From Eledone cirrhosa (Eukaryota): DNA of 64,000 nt. Positions 40,301 to 56,985 of the stretch are shown here, in pieces. The notes beneath the pieces were generated by a model. The model was not told the DNA's origin and ran no database searches. It worked only from the letters and a program-made list of their open reading frames with translations. The stretch spans positions 268,150,001-268,214,000 of the forward strand of contig OZ024743.1 in NCBI GenBank assembly GCA_964016885.1, in the 5' to 3' direction. Each line of letters starts with the position of its first letter. Within the stretch, counting starts at the first letter, position 1. A program made the position numbers and the translations under genes.

Positions 40301-43300
40301 ACCACTACCAACACCACTACCAACACCACTACCAACACCACTACCAACACCACTACCCACTCCACTACCAACACCACTACCAACACCACTACCAACACCA
40401 CTACCCACTCCACTACCAACACCACTACCCACTCCACTACCAACACCACTACCAACACCACTACCAACACCACTACCAACACCACTACCAACACCACTAC
40501 CAACACCACTACCCACTCCACTACCAACACCACTACCCACTCCACTACCAACACCACTACCCACTCCACTACCAACACCACTACCCACTCCACTACCAAC
40601 ACCACTACCAACACCACTACCAACACCACTACCAACACCACTACCAACACCACTACCAACACCACTACCAACACCACTACCACTCCACTACCAACACCAC
40701 TACCCACTCCACTACCAACACCACTACCCACTCCACTACCAACACCACTACCAACACCACTACCAACACCACTACCAACACCACTACCAACACCACTACC
40801 AACACCACTACCAACACCACTACCACTCCACTACCAACACCACTACCCACTCCACTACCAACACCACTACCAACACGACTACCAACACCACTACCAACAC
40901 CACTACCAACACCACTACCAACACCACTACCCACTCCACTACCAACACCACTACCCACTCCACTACCAACACCACTACCCACTCCACTACCAACACCACT
41001 ACCCACTCCACTACCAACACCACTACCATCTCCACTACCAACACCACTACCAACACCACTACCAACACCGCTACCCACTCCACTACCAACACCACTACCC
41101 ACTCCACTACCAACACCACTACCAACACCACTACCAACACCACTAACCACTCCTCTACCCACTCCACTACCCACTCCACTACCAACACCACTACCAACAC
41201 CACTACCCACTCCACTACCAACACCACTACTCACTCCACTACCAACACCACTACCAACACCACTACCAACACCACTACCAACACTACTACCCACTCCACT
41301 ACCCACTCCACTACCAACACCACTACCAACACCACTACCAACACCACTACCAACACCACTACCCACTCCACTACCAACACCACTATCAACACCACTACCA
41401 ACTCCACTACCAACACCACTACTAACACCACTACCAACACCACTACCAAGACCACTACCATCTCCACTACCAACACCACTACCAACACCACTACCCACTC
41501 CACTACCCACACCACTACCAACACCACTACCAACACCACTACCAACACCACTACCAACACCACTACCCACTCCACTACCAACACCACTACCAACACCACT
41601 ACCCACTCCACTACCAACACCACTACCAACACCACTACCAACACCATTACCAACACCACTACCAACACCACTACCCACTCCACTACCAACACCACTACCA
41701 ACACCACTACCAACACCACTACCAACACCACTACCCACTCGACTACCAACACCACTACCAACACCACTACCCACTCCACTACCAACACCACTACCAACAC
41801 CACTACCAACACCACTACCAACACCACTACCAACACCACTACCAACACCACTACCCACTCCACTACCATCTCCACTACCAACACCACTACCCACTCCACT
41901 ACCAACACCACTACCCACTCCACTACCAACACCACTACCAACACCACTACCAACACCACTACCAACACCACTACCAACACCACTACCAACACCACTACCA
42001 ACACCACTACCCACTCCACTACCAACACCACTACCAACACCACTACCCACTCCACTACCAACACCACCACCAACACCACTACCAACACCACTACCCACTC
42101 CACTACCAACACCACTACCAACTCCACTACCAACACCACTACCCACTCCACTACCAACACCACTACCAACACCACTAACCAACACCACTACCAACACCAC
42201 TACCAACACCACTACCAACACCACTACCCACTCCACTACCAACACCACTACCAACACCACTACCCACTCCACTACCAACACCACTACCCACTCCACTACC
42301 AACACCACTACCAACACCACTACCAACACCACTACCAACACCACTACCAACACCACTACCCACTCCACTACCAACTCCACTACCAACACCACTACCCACT
42401 CCACTACCAACACCACTACCCACTCCACTACCAACACCACTACCAACACCACTACCCACTCCACTGCCAACACCACTACCCACTCCACTACCAACTCCAC
42501 TACCAACACCACTACCCACTCCACTACCAACACAACTACTGTCTCCACTACCAACACCACTACCCACTACATTACCAACACCACTACCAACACCACTACC
42601 CACTCCACTACCAACACCACTACCAACACCACTACCAACACCACTACCAACACCGCTACCATCTACACTACCAACACCACTACCAACACCACTACCAACA
42701 CCACTACCAACACCACTACCAACACCACTACCAACACCACTACCAACACCACTACCAACACCACTACCCACTCCACTACCAACACCACTACCATCTACAC
42801 TACCAACACCACTACCAACACCACTACCCACTCCACTACCAACACCACTACCAACACCACTACCAACACCACTACCAACACCACTACCATCTACACTACC
42901 AACACCACTACCAACACCACTACCAACACCACTACCAACACCACTACCATCTCCACTACCAACACCACTACCAACACCACTACGAACACCACTACCAACA
43001 CCACTACCCACTCCACTACCAACACCACTACCAACACCACTACCAACACCACTACCAACACCACTACCCACTCCACTACCCACTCCACTACCAACACCAC
43101 TACCAATACCACTACCAACACCACTACCATCTACACTACCAACTCCACTCCCAACACCACTACCAACACCACTACCAACACCACTACCAACACCACTACC
43201 AACACCACTACCAACACCACTACCAACACCACTACCCACTCCACTACCAACACCACTACCATCTACACTACCAACACCACTACCAACACCACTACCCACT

Positions 43301-46300
43301 CCACTACCAACACCACTACCAACACCACTACCAACACCACTACCAACACCACTACCATCTACACTACCAACACCACTACCAACACCACTACCAACACCAC
43401 TACCAACACCACTACCAACACCACTACCATCTCCACTACCAACACCACTACCAACACCACTACCCACTCCACTACCAACACCACTACCAACACCACTACC
43501 AACACCACTACCAACACCACTACCCACTCCACTACCCACTCCACTACCAACACCACTACCAACACCACTACCAACACCACTACCATCTACACTACCAACT
43601 CCACTCCCAACACCACTACCAACACCACTACCAACACCACTACCAACAACACTACCATCTCCACTACCAACACCACTACCAACACCACTACCCACTCCAC
43701 TACCAACACCACTACCAACACCACTACCATCTACACTACCAACTCCACTCCCAACACCACTACCAACACCACTACCAACACCACTACCATCTCCACTACC
43801 AACACCACTACCAACACCACTACCCACTCCACTACCAACACCACTACCAACACCACTACCATCTACACTACCAACTCCACTACCAACACCACTACCAACA
43901 CCACTACCAACACCACTACCAACACCACTACCATCTCCACTACCAACACCACTACCAACACCATTACCCACTCCACTACCAACACCACTACCAACACCAC
44001 TACCAACACCACTACCATCTCCACTACCAACACCACTACCAACACCACTACCAACACCACTACCAACACCACTACCATCTACACTACCATCTACACTACC
44101 AACTCCACTCCCAACACCACTACCAACACCACTACCAACACCACTACCAACACCACTACCATCTCCACTACCAACACCACTACCAACACCACTACCCACT
44201 CCACTACCAACACCACTACCAACACCACTACCATCTACACTACCAACTCCACTCCCAACACCACTACCAACACCACTACCAACACCACTACCAACACCAC
44301 TACCATCTCCACTACCAACACCACTACCAACACCACTACCCACTCCACTACCAACACCACTACCAACACCACTACCATCTACACTACCAACTCCACTCCC
44401 AACACCACTACCAACACCACTACCAACACCACTACCAACACCACTACCATCTCCACTACCAACACCACTACCAACACCACTACCCACTCCACTACCAACA
44501 CCACTACCAACACCACTACCAACACCACTACCAACACCACTACCCACTCCACTACCCACTCCACTACCCACTCCACTACCAACACCACTACCAACACCAC
44601 TACCAAAACCACTACCATCTACACTACCAACACCACTACCCACTCCACTACCCACTCCACTACCCACTCCACTACCAACACCACTACCATCTCCACTACC
44701 AACACCACTACCAACACCACTACCCACTCCACTACCAACACCACTACCAACACCACTACCATCTACACTACCAACTCCACTCCCAACACCACTACCAACA
44801 CCACTACCAACACCACTACCAACACCACTACCATCTCCACTACCAACACCACTACCAACACCACTACCCACTCCACTACCAACACCACTACCAACACCAC
44901 TACCATCTACACTACCAACTCCACTCCCAACACCACTACCAACACCACTACCAACACCACTACCAACACCACTACCATCTCCACTACCAACACCACTACC
45001 AACACCACTACCCACTCCACTACCAACACCACTACCAACACCACTACCAACACCACTACCAACACCACTACCCACTCCACTACCCACTCCACTACCCACT
45101 CCACTACCAACACCACTACCAACACCACTAACCACTCCTCTACCCACTCCACTACCAACACCACTACCAACACCACTACCAACACCACTACCCACTCCAC
45201 TACCCTCTCCATTACCAACACCACTACCAACACCACTACCAACACCACTACCAACACCAACACCATCTCCACTACCAACACCATTACCAACACCACTACC
45301 AAGACCACTACCAACACCACTACCAACACCACTACCATCTACACTACCAACACCACTACCCGCACCACTACCAACACCACTACCAACACCACCACCATCT
45401 CCACTACCAACACCACTACCATCTCCACTACCAACACCACTACCATCTCCACTACCAACACCACTACCAACACCACTACCATCTCCACTACCAACACCAC
45501 TACCAACACCACTACCAACACCACTACGAACACCACTACCATCTCCACTACCAACACCACTACCCACTCCACTACCAACACCACTACCAACACCACCACC
45601 ATCTCCACTACCAACACAACTACTGTCTCCACTACCAACACCACTACCATCTCCACTACCAACACCACTACCAACACCACTACCATCTCCACTACCAACA
45701 CCACTACCAACACCACTACCAACACCACTACGAACACCACTACCATCTCCACTACCAACACCACTACCAACACCACTACCATCTCCACTACCAACACCAC
45801 TACCAACACCACTACCCACTCCACTACCAACACCACTACCATCTCCACTACCAACACCACTACCAACACCACTACCAACACCACTACCAACACCACTACC
45901 AACACCACCACCATCTCCACTACCAACACCACTACCATCTCCACTACCAACACCACTACCCACTCCACTACCAACACCACTACCAACACCACTACCCACT
46001 CCACTACCCACTCCACTACCAACACCACTACCAACTCCACTACCAACACCACTACCATCTCCACTACCAACACAACTACTGTCTCCACTACCAACACCAC
46101 CACCAACACCACTACCATCTCCACTACCAACACCACTACCAACACCACTACCATCTCCACTACCAACACCACTACCAACACCACTACCCACTCCACTACC
46201 AACACCACTACCATCTCCACTACCAACACCACTACCAACACCACTACCCACTCCACTACCAACACCACTACCATCTCCACTACCAACACCACTACCAACA

Positions 46301-49300
46301 CCACTACCCACTCCACTACCCACTCCACTACCAACACCACTACCAACTCCACTACCAACACCACTACCATCTCCACTACCAACACAACTACTGTCTCCAC
46401 TACCAACACCACCACCAACACCACCACCATCTCCACTACCAACACCACTACCATCTCCACTACCAACACCACTACCCACTCCACTACCAACACCACTACC
46501 AACACCACTACCCACTCCACTACCCACTCCACTACCAACACCACTACCAACTCCACTACCAACACCACTACCATCTCCACTACCAACACAACTACTGTCT
46601 CCACTACCAACACCACCACCAACACCACTACCATCTCCACTACCAACACCACTACCAACACCACTACCATCTCCACTACCAACACCACTACCAACACCAA
46701 TACCCACTCCACTACCAACACCACTACCATCTCCACTACCAACACCACTACTGTCTCCACTACCAACACAACTACTGTCTCCACTACCAACACCACTACC
46801 CACTCCACTACCAACACCACTACCATCTCCACTACCAACACAACTACTGTCTCCACTACCAACACCACTACCATCTCCACTACCAACACCACTACCAACA
46901 CCACTACCATCTCCACTACCAACACCACTACCATCTCCACTACCATCTCCACTACCAACACAACTACTGTCTCCACTACCAACACCACTACCATCTCCAC
47001 TACCAACACCACTACCAACACCACTACCATCTCCACTACCAACACCACTACCCACTCCACTACCAACACCACTACCATCTCCACTACCAACACAACTACT
47101 GTCTCCACTACCAACACCACTACCAACACCACTACCAACACCACTACCATCTCCACTACCAACACAACTACTGTCTCCACTACCAACACCACTACCCACT
47201 CCACTACCAACACCACTACCATCTCCACTACCAACACAACTACTGTCTCCACTACCAACACCACTACCAACACCACTACCAACACCACTACCATCTCCAC
47301 TACCAACACAACTACTGTCTCCACTACCAACACCACTACCAACACCACTACCAACACCACTACCATCTCCACTACCAACACAACTACTGTCTCCACTACC
47401 AACACCACTACCAACACCACTACCAACACCACTACCATCTCCACTACCAACACCACTACCAACACCACTACCAACACCACTACCATCTCCACTACCAACA
47501 CCACTACCAACACCACTACCATCTCCACTACCAACACAACTACTGTCTCCACTACCAACACCACTACCATCTCCACTACCAACACCACTACCAACACCAC
47601 TACCATCTCCACTACCAACACCACTACCATCTCCACTGCCATCTCCACTACCAACACCACTACTAACACCACTACCAACACCACTACCAACACCACTACC
47701 AACACCACTACCAACACCACTACCAACACCACTACCCACTCCACTACCATCTACACTACCAACACCACTACCCACTCCACTACCCACTCCACTACCAACA
47801 CCACTACCCACTCCACTACCAACACCACTACCAACACCACTACCAACACCACTACCCACTCCACTACCCACTCCACTACCAACACCACTACCAACTCCAC
47901 TACCAACACCACTACCAACACCACTACCAACACCACTACCAACACCACTACCCACTCCACTACCCACTCCATTACCAACACCACTACCCACTCCACTACC
48001 AACACCACTACCAACACCACTACCAACACCACCACCATCTCCACTACCAACACCATTACCAACACCACTACCAACACCACTACCAACACCACTACCAACA
48101 CCACTACCATCTACACTACCAACACCACTACCCGCTCCACTACCAACACCACTACCAACACCACCACCATCTCCACTACCAACACCACTACCATCTCCAC
48201 TACCAACACCACTACCATCTCCACTACCAACACCACTACCAACACCACTACCATCTCCACTACCAACACTACTACCAACACCACTACCAACACCACTACG
48301 AACACCACTACCATCTCCACTACCAACACCACTACCCACTCCACTACCAACACCACTACCAACACCACCACCATCTCCACTACCAACACCACTACCATCT
48401 CCACTACCAACACTACTACCAACACCACTACCAACACCACTACGAACACCACTACCATCTCCACTACCAACACCACTACCCACTCCACTACCAACACCAC
48501 TACCAACACCACCACCATCTCCACTACCAACACCACTACCCACTCCACTACCAACACCACTACCAACACCACCACCATCTCCACTACCAACACAACTACT
48601 GTCTCCACTACCATCTCCACTACCAACACCACTACCAACACCACTACCATCTCCACTACCAAGACCACTACCAACACCACTACCAACACCACTACGAACA
48701 CCACTACCATCTCCACTACCAACACCACTACCAACACCACTACCATCTCCACTACCAACACCACTACCAACACCACTACCCACTCCACTACCAACACCAC
48801 TACCATCTCCACTACCAACACAACTACTGTCTCCACTACCAACACCACTACCATCTCCACTACCAACACCACTACCAACACCACTACCATCTCCACTACC
48901 GACACCACTACCATCTCCACTACCAACACAACTACTGTCTCCACTACCAACACCACTACCATCTCCACTACCAACACCACTACCAACACCACTACCATCT
49001 CCACTACCAACACCACTACCCACTCCACTACCCACTCCACTACCAACACCACTACCCACTCCACTACCAACACCACTACCAACACCACTACCAACACCAC
49101 TACCCACTCCACTACCCACTCCACTACCAACACCACTACCTACTCCACTACCAACACCACTACCAACACCACTACCAACACCACTACCAACACCACTACC
49201 CACTCCACTACCCACTCCATTACCAACACCACTACCCACTCCACTACCAACACCACTACCAACACCACTACCAACACCACCACCATCTCCACTACCAACA

Positions 49301-52300
49301 CCATTACCAACACCACTACCAACACCACTACCAACACCACTACCAACACCACTACCATCTACACTACCAACACCACTACCCGCACCACTACCAACACCAC
49401 TACCAACACCACCACCATCTCCACTACCAACACCACTACCATCTCCACTACCAACACCACTACCAACACCACTACCATCTCCACTACCAACACCACTACC
49501 ATCTCCATTACCAACACCACTACCAACACCACTACCAACACCACTACCAACACCACTACCATCTCCACTACCAACACCACTACCATCTCCACTACCAACA
49601 CCACTACCAACACCACTACCATCTCCACTACCAACACCACTACCAACACCACTACCAACACCACTACGAACACCACTACCATCTCCACTACCAACACCAC
49701 TACCCACTCCACTACCAACACCACTACCAACACCACCACCATCTCCACTACCAACACAACTACTGTCTCCACTACCAACACCACTACCATCTCCACTACC
49801 AACACCACTACCAACACCACTACGATCTCCACTACCAACACCACTACCAACACCACTACCAACACCACTACGAACACCACTACCATCTCCACTACCAACA
49901 CCACTACCAACACCACTACCATCTCCACTACCAACACCACTACCAACACCACTACCCACTCCACTACCAACACCACTACCATCTCCACTACCAACACAAC
50001 TACTGTCTCCACTACCAACACCACTACCATCTCCACTACCAACACCACTACCAACACCACTACCATCTCCACTACCAACACCACTACCAACACCACTACC
50101 CACTCCACTACCAACACCACTACCATCTCCACTACCAACACAACTACTGTCTCCACTACCAACACCACTACCCACTCCACTACCAACACCACTACCATCT
50201 CCACTACCAACACAACTACTGTCTCCACTACCAACACCACTACCAACACCACTACCAACACCACTACCATCTCCACTACCAACACAACTACTGTCTCCAC
50301 TACCAACACCACTACCCACTCCACTACCAACACCACTACCATCTCCACTACCAACACAACTACTGTCTCCACTACCAACACCACTACCAACACCACTACC
50401 AACACCACTACCATCTCCACTACCAACACAACTACTGTCTCCACTACCAACACCACTACCAACACCACTACCAACACCACTACCATCTCCACTACCAACC
50501 CAACTACTGTCTCCACTACCAACACCACTACCAACACCACTACCAACACCACTACCATCTCCACTACCAACACCACTACCATCTCCACTACCAACACAAC
50601 TGCTGTCTCCACTACCAACACCACTACCATCTCCACTACCAACACCACTACCATCTCCACTGCCATCTCCACTACCAACACCACTACTAACACCACTACC
50701 AACACCACTACCAACACCACTACCAACACCACTACCAACACCACTACCCACTCCACTACCCACTCCACTACCAACACCACTACCCACTCCACTACCAACA
50801 CCACTACCAACACCACTACCAACACCACTACCCACTCCACTACCCACTCCACTACCAACACCACTACCAACTCCACTACCAACACCACTACCAACACCAC
50901 TACCAACACCACTACCAACACCACTACCCACTCCACTACCCACTCCATTACCAACACCACTACCCACTCCACTACCAACACCACTACCAACACCACTACC
51001 AACACCACCACCATCTCCACTACCAACACCATTACCAACACCACTACCAACACCACTACCAACACCACTACCAACACCACTACCATCTACACTACCAACA
51101 CCACTACCCGCTCCACTACCAACACCACTACCAACACCACCACCATCTCCACTACCAACACCACTACCATCTCCACTACCAACACCACTACCATCTCCAC
51201 TACCAACACCACTACCAACACCACTACCATCTCCACTACCAACACTACTACCAACACCACTACCAACACCACTACGAACACCACTACCATCTCCACTACC
51301 AACACCACTACCCACTCCACTACCAACACCACTACCAACACCACCACCATCTCCACTACCAACACAACTACTGTCTCCACTACCAACACCACTACCAACA
51401 CCACCACCATCTCCACTACCAACACCACTACCAACACCACTACCATCTCCACTACCAAGACCACTACCAACACCACTACCAACACCACTACGAACACCAC
51501 TACCATCTCCACTACCAACACCACTACCAACACCACTACCATCTCCACTACCAACACCACTACCAACACCACTACCCACTCCACTACCAACACCACTACC
51601 ATCTCCACTACCAACACAACTACTGTCTCCACTACCAACACCACTACCATCTCCACTACCAACACCACTACCAACACCACTACCATCTCCACTACCAACA
51701 CCACTACCATCTCCACTACCAACACCACTACCATCTCCACTACCAACACAACTACTGTCTCCACTACCAACACCACTACCATCTCCACTACCAACACCAC
51801 TACCAACACCACTACCAACACCACTACCATCTCCACTACTAACACCACTACCCACTCCACTACCAACACCACTACCATCTCCACTACCAACACAACTACT
51901 GTCTCCACTACCAACACCACTACCAACACCACTACCAACACCACTACCATCTCCACTACCAACACAACTACTGTCTCCACTACCAACACCACTACGAACA
52001 CCACTACCAACACCACTACCATCTCCACTACCAACACCACTACCATCTCCACTACCAACACAACTACTGTCTCCACTACCAACACCACTACCATCTCCAC
52101 TACCAACACCACTACCATCTCCACTGCCATCTCCACTACCAACACCACTACCAACACCACTACCAACACCACTACCATCTCCACTACCAACACCACTACG
52201 AACACCACTACCATCTCCAATACCAACACCACTACTGTCTCCACTACCAACACCACTACCATCTCCACTACCAACACCACTACCAACACCACCACCATCT

Positions 52301-55300
52301 CAACTACCAACACCACTACCAACATCACTACCAACACCACTACCAACACCACTACCAACACCACTACCATCTCCACTACCAACACCACTACCTACACCAC
52401 TACCATCTCCACTACCAACACCACTACTGTCTCCACTACCAACACCACTACTGTCTCCACTACCAACACCACTACCAACACCACTACCAACACCACTACC
52501 AACACCACTACCATCTCCACTACCAACACCACTACCAACACCACTACCATCTCCACTACCAACACCACTACCATCTCCACTACCAACACCACTACCTACA
52601 CCACTACCATCTCCACTACCAACACCACTACCATCTCCACTACCAACACCACTACCTACACCACTACCATCTCCACTACCAACACCACTACTGTCTCCAC
52701 TACCAACACCACTACCTACACCACTACCATCTCCACTACCAACACCACTACTGTCTCCACTACCAACACCACTACCAACACCACTACCAACACCACTACC
52801 ATCTCCACTACCAACACCACTACCAACACCACTACCATCTCCACTACCAACACCACTACCATGTCCACTACCAACACCACTACCTACACCACTACCATCT
52901 CCACTACCAACACCACTACTGTCTCCACTACCAACACCACTACCTACACCACTACCATCTCCACTACCAACACCACTACTGTCTCCACTACCAACACCAC
53001 TACCAACACCACTACCAACACCACTACCAACACCACTACCATCTCCACTACCAACACCACTACCAACACCACTACCATCTCCACTACCAACACCACTACC
53101 ATGTCCACTACCAACACCACTACCAACACCACTACCAACACCACTACCAACACCACTACCATCTCCACTACCAACACCACTACCATTTCCACTACCAACA
53201 CCACTACCAACACCACTACCATTTCCACTACCAACACCACTACCGACACCACTACCATTTCCACTACCAACACCACTACCAACACCACTACCATTTCCAC
53301 TACCAACACCACTACCAACACCACTACCATTTCCACTACCAACACCACTACCGACACCACTACCATCTCTACTACCAACACCACTACCACTACCAGCACC
53401 ACTACCAACACCACTACCAACACCACTACCATTTCCACTACCAACACCACTACCGACACCACTACCATCTCTACTACCAACACCACTACCACTACCAACA
53501 CCACTACCATCTCCACTACCAACACCACTACTCTCTCCACTACCAACACCACTACCCACTCCACTACCAACACCACTACCATGTCCACTACCAACACCAC
53601 TACCAACACCACTACCAACACCACTACCAACACCACTACCAACACCACTACCAACACCACTACCAACACCACTACCAACACCACTACCAACACCACTACC
53701 AACACAACTACCAACACCACTACCAACACCACTACCCACTCCACTACCAACACCACTACCGTCTCCACTACCAACACCACTACCAACACCACTACCAACA
53801 CCACTACCATCTCCACTACCAACACCACTACCATCTCCACTACCAACACCACCACCATCTCCACTACCAACACCACTACCAACATCACTACCAACACCAC
53901 TACCAACACCACTACCAACACCACTACCATCTCCACTACCAACACCACTACCTACACCACTACCATCTCCACTACCAACACCACTACTGTCTCCACTACC
54001 AACACCACTACTGTCTCCACTACCAACACCACTACCAACACCACTACCAACACCACTACCAACACCACTACCATCTCCACTACCAACACCACTACCAACA
54101 CCACTACCATCTCCACTACCAACACCACTACCATCTCCACTACCAACACCACTACCTACACCACTACCATCTCCACTACCAACACCACTACCATCTCCAC
54201 TACCAACACCACTACCTACACCACTACCATCTCCACTACCAACACCACTACTGTCTCCACTACCAACACCACTACCTACACCACTACCATCTCCACTACC
54301 AAGACCACTACTGTCTCCACTACCAACACCACTACCAACACCACTACCAACACCACTACCATCTCCACTACCAACACCACTACCATCTCCACTACCAACA
54401 CCACCACCATCTCCACTACCAACACCACTACCAACACCACTACCAACACCACTACCAACACCACTACCAACACCACTACCAACACCACTACCAACACCAC
54501 TACCATCTCCACTACCAACACCACCACCATCTCCACTACCAACACCACTACCAACTCCACTACCAACACCACCACCAACACCACTACCAACACCACTACC
54601 GACACCACTACCATCTCTACTACCAACACCACTACCACTACCAGCACCACTACCAACACCACTACCAACACCACTACCATCTCCACTACCAACACCACTA
54701 CCATGTCCACTACCAACACCACTACCTACACCACTACCATCTCCACTACCAACACCACTACTGTCTCCACTACCAACACCACTACCTACACCACTACCAT
54801 CTCCACTACCAACACCACTACTGTCTCCACTACCAACACCACTACCAACACCACTACCAACACCACTACCAACACCACTACCATCTCCACTACCAACACC
54901 ACTACCAACACCACTACCATCTCCACTACCAACACCACTACCATGTCCACTACCAACACCACTACCAACACCACTACCAACACCACTACCAACACCACTA
55001 CCATCTCCACTACCAACACCACTACCATTTCCACTACCAACACCACTACCAACACCACTACCATTTCCACTACCAACACCACTACCGACACCACTACCAT
55101 TTCCACTACCAACACCACTACCAACACCACTACCATTTCCACTACCAACACCACTACCAACACCACTACCATTTCCACTACCAACACCACTACCGACACC
55201 ACTACCATCTCTACTACCAACACCACTACCACTACCAGCACCACTACCAACACCACTACCAACACCACTACCATTTCCACTACCAACACCACTACCGACA

Positions 55301-56850
55301 CCACTACCATCTCTACTACCAACACCACTACCACTACCAACACCACTACCATCTCCACTACCAACACCACCACCATCTCCACTACCAACACCACTACCAA
55401 CACCACTACCAACACCACTACCAACACCACTACCAACACCACTACCAACACCACTACCAACACCACTACCATCTCCACTACCAACACCACCACCATCTCC
55501 ACTACCAACACCACTACCAACTCCACTACCAACACCACCACCAACACCACTACCAACACCACTACCGACACCACTACCATCTCTACTACCAACACCACTA
55601 CCACTACCAGCACCACTACCATCTCCACTACCAACACCACTACCATCTCCACTACCAACACCACCACCATCTCCACTACCAACACCACTACCAACACCAC
55701 TACCGTCTCCACTACCAACACCACTACCGTCTCCACTACCAACACCACTACCAACACCACTACCAACACCACTACCAACACCACTACCGTCTCCACTACC
55801 AACACCACTACCAACACCACTACCAACACCACTACCAACACCACTACCGTCTCCACTACCAACACCACTACCGTCTCCACTACCAACACCACTACCAACA
55901 CCACTACCAACACCACTACCAACACCACTACCGTCTCCACTACCAACACCACTACCGTCTCCACTACCAACACTACTACCAACACCACTACCAACACCAC
56001 TACCATCTCCACTACCGACACCACTACCATTTCCACTACCAACACCACTACCAACACCACTACCAACTCCACTACCAACACCACCACCAACACCACTACC
56101 AACACCACTACCATCTCCACTACCAACACCACTACCAACACCACTACCAACTCCACTACCAACACCACCACCAACACCACTACCAACACCACTACCATCT
56201 CCACTACCAACACCACCACCATCTCCACTACCAACACCACTACCAACACCACTACCATCTCCACTACCAACACCACCACCATCTCCACTACCAACACCAC
56301 CACCAACACCACTACCAACACCACTACCGTCTCCACTACCAACACCACTACCGTCTCCACTACCAACACCACTACCGTCTCCACTACCAACACCACTACC
56401 GTCTCCACTACCAACACCACTACCATCTCCACTACCAACACCACTACCAACACCACTACCAACACCACTACCATCTCCACTACCAACACCACTACCGTCT
56501 CCACTACCAACACCACTACCGTCTCCACTACCATCACCACTACCAACACCACTACCAACACCACTACCATTTCCACTACCAACACCACTACCGTCTCCAC
56601 TACCAACACCACTACCAACACCACTACCATCTCCACTACCAACACCACTACCAACACCACTACCATCACCACTACCGTCTCCACTACCAACACCACTACC
56701 GTCTCCACTACCAACACCACTACCAACACCACTACCGTCTCCACTACCAACACCACTACCGTCTCCACTGCCATCTCCACTACCATCTCCACTACCATCT
56801 CCACTACCAACACCACTACCAACACCACTACCAACACCACCACCAAGACC
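37355..56850. repeat. ~19.5-kb tandem array of a 12-bp unit AACACCACTACC (~1,600 units) with higher-order duplications
   Basis: Direct reading. Variant units cactccactacc, atctccactacc, gtctccactacc and atctacactacc occur in regional blocks. Confidence 0.98.
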
Positions 56851-56985
56851 ATCTTTCAGAATATCAATATCCCCAACAGTAACAACAACAGCACCATCAA
56901 TACAACTACCATCACCATCACCACTGTAATAACGACTAACTCTCCTCCGTGTCACCACTACCTCAACACCAACCAGCAGCATTAA
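42181..56985 (+). CDS. Possible giant Thr-rich mucin-like reading frame ([16 protein letters not shown]); coding status unproven
   Basis: Same frame as ORF 52861-56985, and no stop seen by eye from 42181. Many variants are synonymous in this frame and indels are 6 bp. No start codon, signal peptide or splice acceptor identified. Confidence 0.35.
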   Translation, partial: NTTTNTTTNTTTNTTTHSTTNTTTNTTTHSTTNTTTHSTTNTTTNTTTNTTTNTTTNTTTHSTTNSTTNTTTHSTTNTTTHSTTNTTTNTTTHSTANTTTHSTTNSTTNTTTHSTTNTTTVSTTNTTTHYITNTTTNTTTHSTTNTTTNTTTNTTTNTATIYTTNTTTNTTTNTTTNTTTNTTTNTTTNTTTNTTTHSTTNTTTIYTTNTTTNTTTHSTTNTTTNTTTNTTTNTTTIYTTNTTTNTTTNTTTNTTTISTTNTTTNTTTNTTTNTTTHSTTNTTTNTTTNTTTNTTTHSTTHSTTNTTTNTTTNTTTIYTTNSTPNTTTNTTTNTTTNTTTNTTTNTTTNTTTHSTTNTTTIYTTNTTTNTTTHSTTNTTTNTTTNTTTNTTTIYTTNTTTNTTTNTTTNTTTNTTTISTTNTTTNTTTHSTTNTTTNTTTNTTTNTTTHSTTHSTTNTTTNTTTNTTTIYTTNSTPNTTTNTTTNTTTNNTTISTTNTTTNTTTHSTTNTTTNTTTIYTTNSTPNTTTNTTTNTTTISTTNTTTNTTTHSTTNTTTNTTTIYTTNSTTNTTTNTTTNTTTNTTTISTTNTTTNTITHSTTNTTTNTTTNTTTISTTNTTTNTTTNTTTNTTTIYTTIYTTNSTPNTTTNTTTNTTTNTTTISTTNTTTNTTTHSTTNTTTNTTTIYTTNSTPNTTTNTTTNTTTNTTTISTTNTTTNTTTHSTTNTTTNTTTIYTTNSTPNTTTNTTTNTTTNTTTISTTNTTTNTTTHSTTNTTTNTTTNTTTNTTTHSTTHSTTHSTTNTTTNTTTKTTTIYTTNTTTHSTTHSTTHSTTNTTTISTTNTTTNTTTHSTTNTTTNTTTIYTTNSTPNTTTNTTTNTTTNTTTISTTNTTTNTTTHSTTNTTTNTTTIYTTNSTPNTTTNTTTNTTTNTTTISTTNTTTNTTTHSTTNTTTNTTTNTTTNTTTHSTTHSTTHSTTNTTTNTTNHSSTHSTTNTTTNTTTNTTTHSTTLSITNTTTNTTTNTTTNTNTISTTNTITNTTTKTTTNTTTNTTTIYTTNTTTRTTTNTTTNTTTISTTNTTTISTTNTTTISTTNTTTNTTTISTTNTTTNTTTNTTTNTTTISTTNTTTHSTTNTTTNTTTISTTNTTTVSTTNTTTISTTNTTTNTTTISTTNTTTNTTTNTTTNTTTISTTNTTTNTTTISTTNTTTNTTTHSTTNTTTISTTNTTTNTTTNTTTNTTTNTTTISTTNTTTISTTNTTTHSTTNTTTNTTTHSTTHSTTNTTTNSTTNTTTISTTNTTTVSTTNTTTNTTTISTTNTTTNTTTISTTNTTTNTTTHSTTNTTTISTTNTTTNTTTHSTTNTTTISTTNTTTNTTTHSTTHSTTNTTTNSTTNTTTISTTNTTTVSTTNTTTNTTTISTTNTTTISTTNTTTHSTTNTTTNTTTHSTTHSTTNTTTNSTTNTTTISTTNTTTVSTTNTTTNTTTISTTNTTTNTTTISTTNTTTNTNTHSTTNTTTISTTNTTTVSTTNTTTVSTTNTTTHSTTNTTTISTTNTTTVSTTNTTTISTTNTTTNTTTISTTNTTTISTTISTTNTTTVSTTNTTTISTTNTTTNTTTISTTNTTTHSTTNTTTISTTNTTTVSTTNTTTNTTTNTTTISTTNTTTVSTTNTTTHSTTNTTTISTTNTTTVSTTNTTTNTTTNTTTISTTNTTTVSTTNTTTNTTTNTTTISTTNTTTVSTTNTTTNTTTNTTTISTTNTTTNTTTNTTTISTTNTTTNTTTISTTNTTTVSTTNTTTISTTNTTTNTTTISTTNTTTISTAISTTNTTTNTTTNTTTNTTTNTTTNTTTNTTTHSTTIYTTNTTTHSTTHSTTNTTTHSTTNTTTNTTTNTTTHSTTHSTTNTTTNSTTNTTTNTTTNTTTNTTTHSTTHSITNTTTHSTTNTTTNTTTNTTTISTTNTITNTTTNTTTNTTTNTTTIYTTNTTTRSTTNTTTNTTTISTTNTTTISTTNTTTISTTNTTTNTTTISTTNTTTNTTTNTTTNTTTISTTNTTTHSTTNTTTNTTTISTTNTTTISTTNTTTNTTTNTTTNTTTISTTNTTTHSTTNTTTNTTTISTTNTTTHSTTNTTTNTTTISTTNTTTVSTTISTTNTTTNTTTISTTKTTTNTTTNTTTNTTTISTTNTTTNTTTISTTNTTTNTTTHSTTNTTTISTTNTTTVSTTNTTTISTTNTTTNTTTISTTDTTTISTTNTTTVSTTNTTTISTTNTTTNTTTISTTNTTTHSTTHSTTNTTTHSTTNTTTNTTTNTTTHSTTHSTTNTTTYSTTNTTTNTTTNTTTNTTTHSTTHSITNTTTHSTTNTTTNTTTNTTTISTTNTITNTTTNTTTNTTTNTTTIYTTNTTTRTTTNTTTNTTTISTTNTTTISTTNTTTNTTTISTTNTTTISITNTTTNTTTNTTTNTTTISTTNTTTISTTNTTTNTTTISTTNTTTNTTTNTTTNTTTISTTNTTTHSTTNTTTNTTTISTTNTTTVSTTNTTTISTTNTTTNTTTISTTNTTTNTTTNTTTNTTTISTTNTTTNTTTISTTNTTTNTTTHSTTNTTTISTTNTTTVSTTNTTTISTTNTTTNTTTISTTNTTTNTTTHSTTNTTTISTTNTTTVSTTNTTTHSTTNTTTISTTNTTTVSTTNTTTNTTTNTTTISTTNTTTVSTTNTTTHSTTNTTTISTTNTTTVSTTNTTTNTTTNTTTISTTNTTTVSTTNTTTNTTTNTTTISTTNPTTVSTTNTTTNTTTNTTTISTTNTTTISTTNTTAVSTTNTTTISTTNTTTISTAISTTNTTTNTTTNTTTNTTTNTTTNTTTHSTTHSTTNTTTHSTTNTTTNTTTNTTTHSTTHSTTNTTTNSTTNTTTNTTTNTTTNTTTHSTTHSITNTTTHSTTNTTTNTTTNTTTISTTNTITNTTTNTTTNTTTNTTTIYTTNTTTRSTTNTTTNTTTISTTNTTTISTTNTTTISTTNTTTNTTTISTTNTTTNTTTNTTTNTTTISTTNTTTHSTTNTTTNTTTISTTNTTTVSTTNTTTNTTTISTTNTTTNTTTISTTKTTTNTTTNTTTNTTTISTTNTTTNTTTISTTNTTTNTTTHSTTNTTTISTTNTTTVSTTNTTTISTTNTTTNTTTISTTNTTTISTTNTTTISTTNTTTVSTTNTTTISTTNTTTNTTTNTTTISTTNTTTHSTTNTTTISTTNTTTVSTTNTTTNTTTNTTTISTTNTTTVSTTNTTTNTTTNTTTISTTNTTTISTTNTTTVSTTNTTTISTTNTTTISTAISTTNTTTNTTTNTTTISTTNTTTNTTTISNTNTTTVSTTNTTTISTTNTTTNTTTISTTNTTTNITTNTTTNTTTNTTTISTTNTTTYTTTISTTNTTTVSTTNTTTVSTTNTTTNTTTNTTTNTTTISTTNTTTNTTTISTTNTTTISTTNTTTYTTTISTTNTTTISTTNTTTYTTTISTTNTTTVSTTNTTTYTTTISTTNTTTVSTTNTTTNTTTNTTTISTTNTTTNTTTISTTNTTTMSTTNTTTYTTTISTTNTTTVSTTNTTTYTTTISTTNTTTVSTTNTTTNTTTNTTTNTTTISTTNTTTNTTTISTTNTTTMSTTNTTTNTTTNTTTNTTTISTTNTTTISTTNTTTNTTTISTTNTTTDTTTISTTNTTTNTTTISTTNTTTNTTTISTTNTTTDTTTISTTNTTTTTSTTTNTTTNTTTISTTNTTTDTTTISTTNTTTTTNTTTISTTNTTTLSTTNTTTHSTTNTTTMSTTNTTTNTTTNTTTNTTTNTTTNTTTNTTTNTTTNTTTNTTTNTTTNTTTHSTTNTTTVSTTNTTTNTTTNTTTISTTNTTTISTTNTTTISTTNTTTNITTNTTTNTTTNTTTISTTNTTTYTTTISTTNTTTVSTTNTTTVSTTNTTTNTTTNTTTNTTTISTTNTTTNTTTISTTNTTTISTTNTTTYTTTISTTNTTTISTTNTTTYTTTISTTNTTTVSTTNTTTYTTTISTTKTTTVSTTNTTTNTTTNTTTISTTNTTTISTTNTTTISTTNTTTNTTTNTTTNTTTNTTTNTTTNTTTISTTNTTTISTTNTTTNSTTNTTTNTTTNTTTDTTTISTTNTTTTTSTTTNTTTNTTTISTTNTTTMSTTNTTTYTTTISTTNTTTVSTTNTTTYTTTISTTNTTTVSTTNTTTNTTTNTTTNTTTISTTNTTTNTTTISTTNTTTMSTTNTTTNTTTNTTTNTTTISTTNTTTISTTNTTTNTTTISTTNTTTDTTTISTTNTTTNTTTISTTNTTTNTTTISTTNTTTDTTTISTTNTTTTTSTTTNTTTNTTTISTTNTTTDTTTISTTNTTTTTNTTTISTTNTTTISTTNTTTNTTTNTTTNTTTNTTTNTTTNTTTISTTNTTTISTTNTTTNSTTNTTTNTTTNTTTDTTTISTTNTTTTTSTTTISTTNTTTISTTNTTTISTTNTTTNTTTVSTTNTTTVSTTNTTTNTTTNTTTNTTTVSTTNTTTNTTTNTTTNTTTVSTTNTTTVSTTNTTTNTTTNTTTNTTTVSTTNTTTVSTTNTTTNTTTNTTTISTTDTTTISTTNTTTNTTTNSTTNTTTNTTTNTTTISTTNTTTNTTTNSTTNTTTNTTTNTTTISTTNTTTISTTNTTTNTTTISTTNTTTISTTNTTTNTTTNTTTVSTTNTTTVSTTNTTTVSTTNTTTVSTTNTTTISTTNTTTNTTTNTTTISTTNTTTVSTTNTTTVSTTITTTNTTTNTTTISTTNTTTVSTTNTTTNTTTISTTNTTTNTTTITTTVSTTNTTTVSTTNTTTNTTTVSTTNTTTVSTAISTTISTTISTTNTTTNTTTNTTTKTIFQNINIPNSNNNSTINTTTITITTVITTNSPPCHHYLNTNQQH

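Noticed and set aside
37274-41146. 1290-aa ORF with HHYQ repeats as a His-rich protein
   Set aside because: It drifts through three registers at single-base indels. The unit simply lacks stop codons, so length alone is not evidence.
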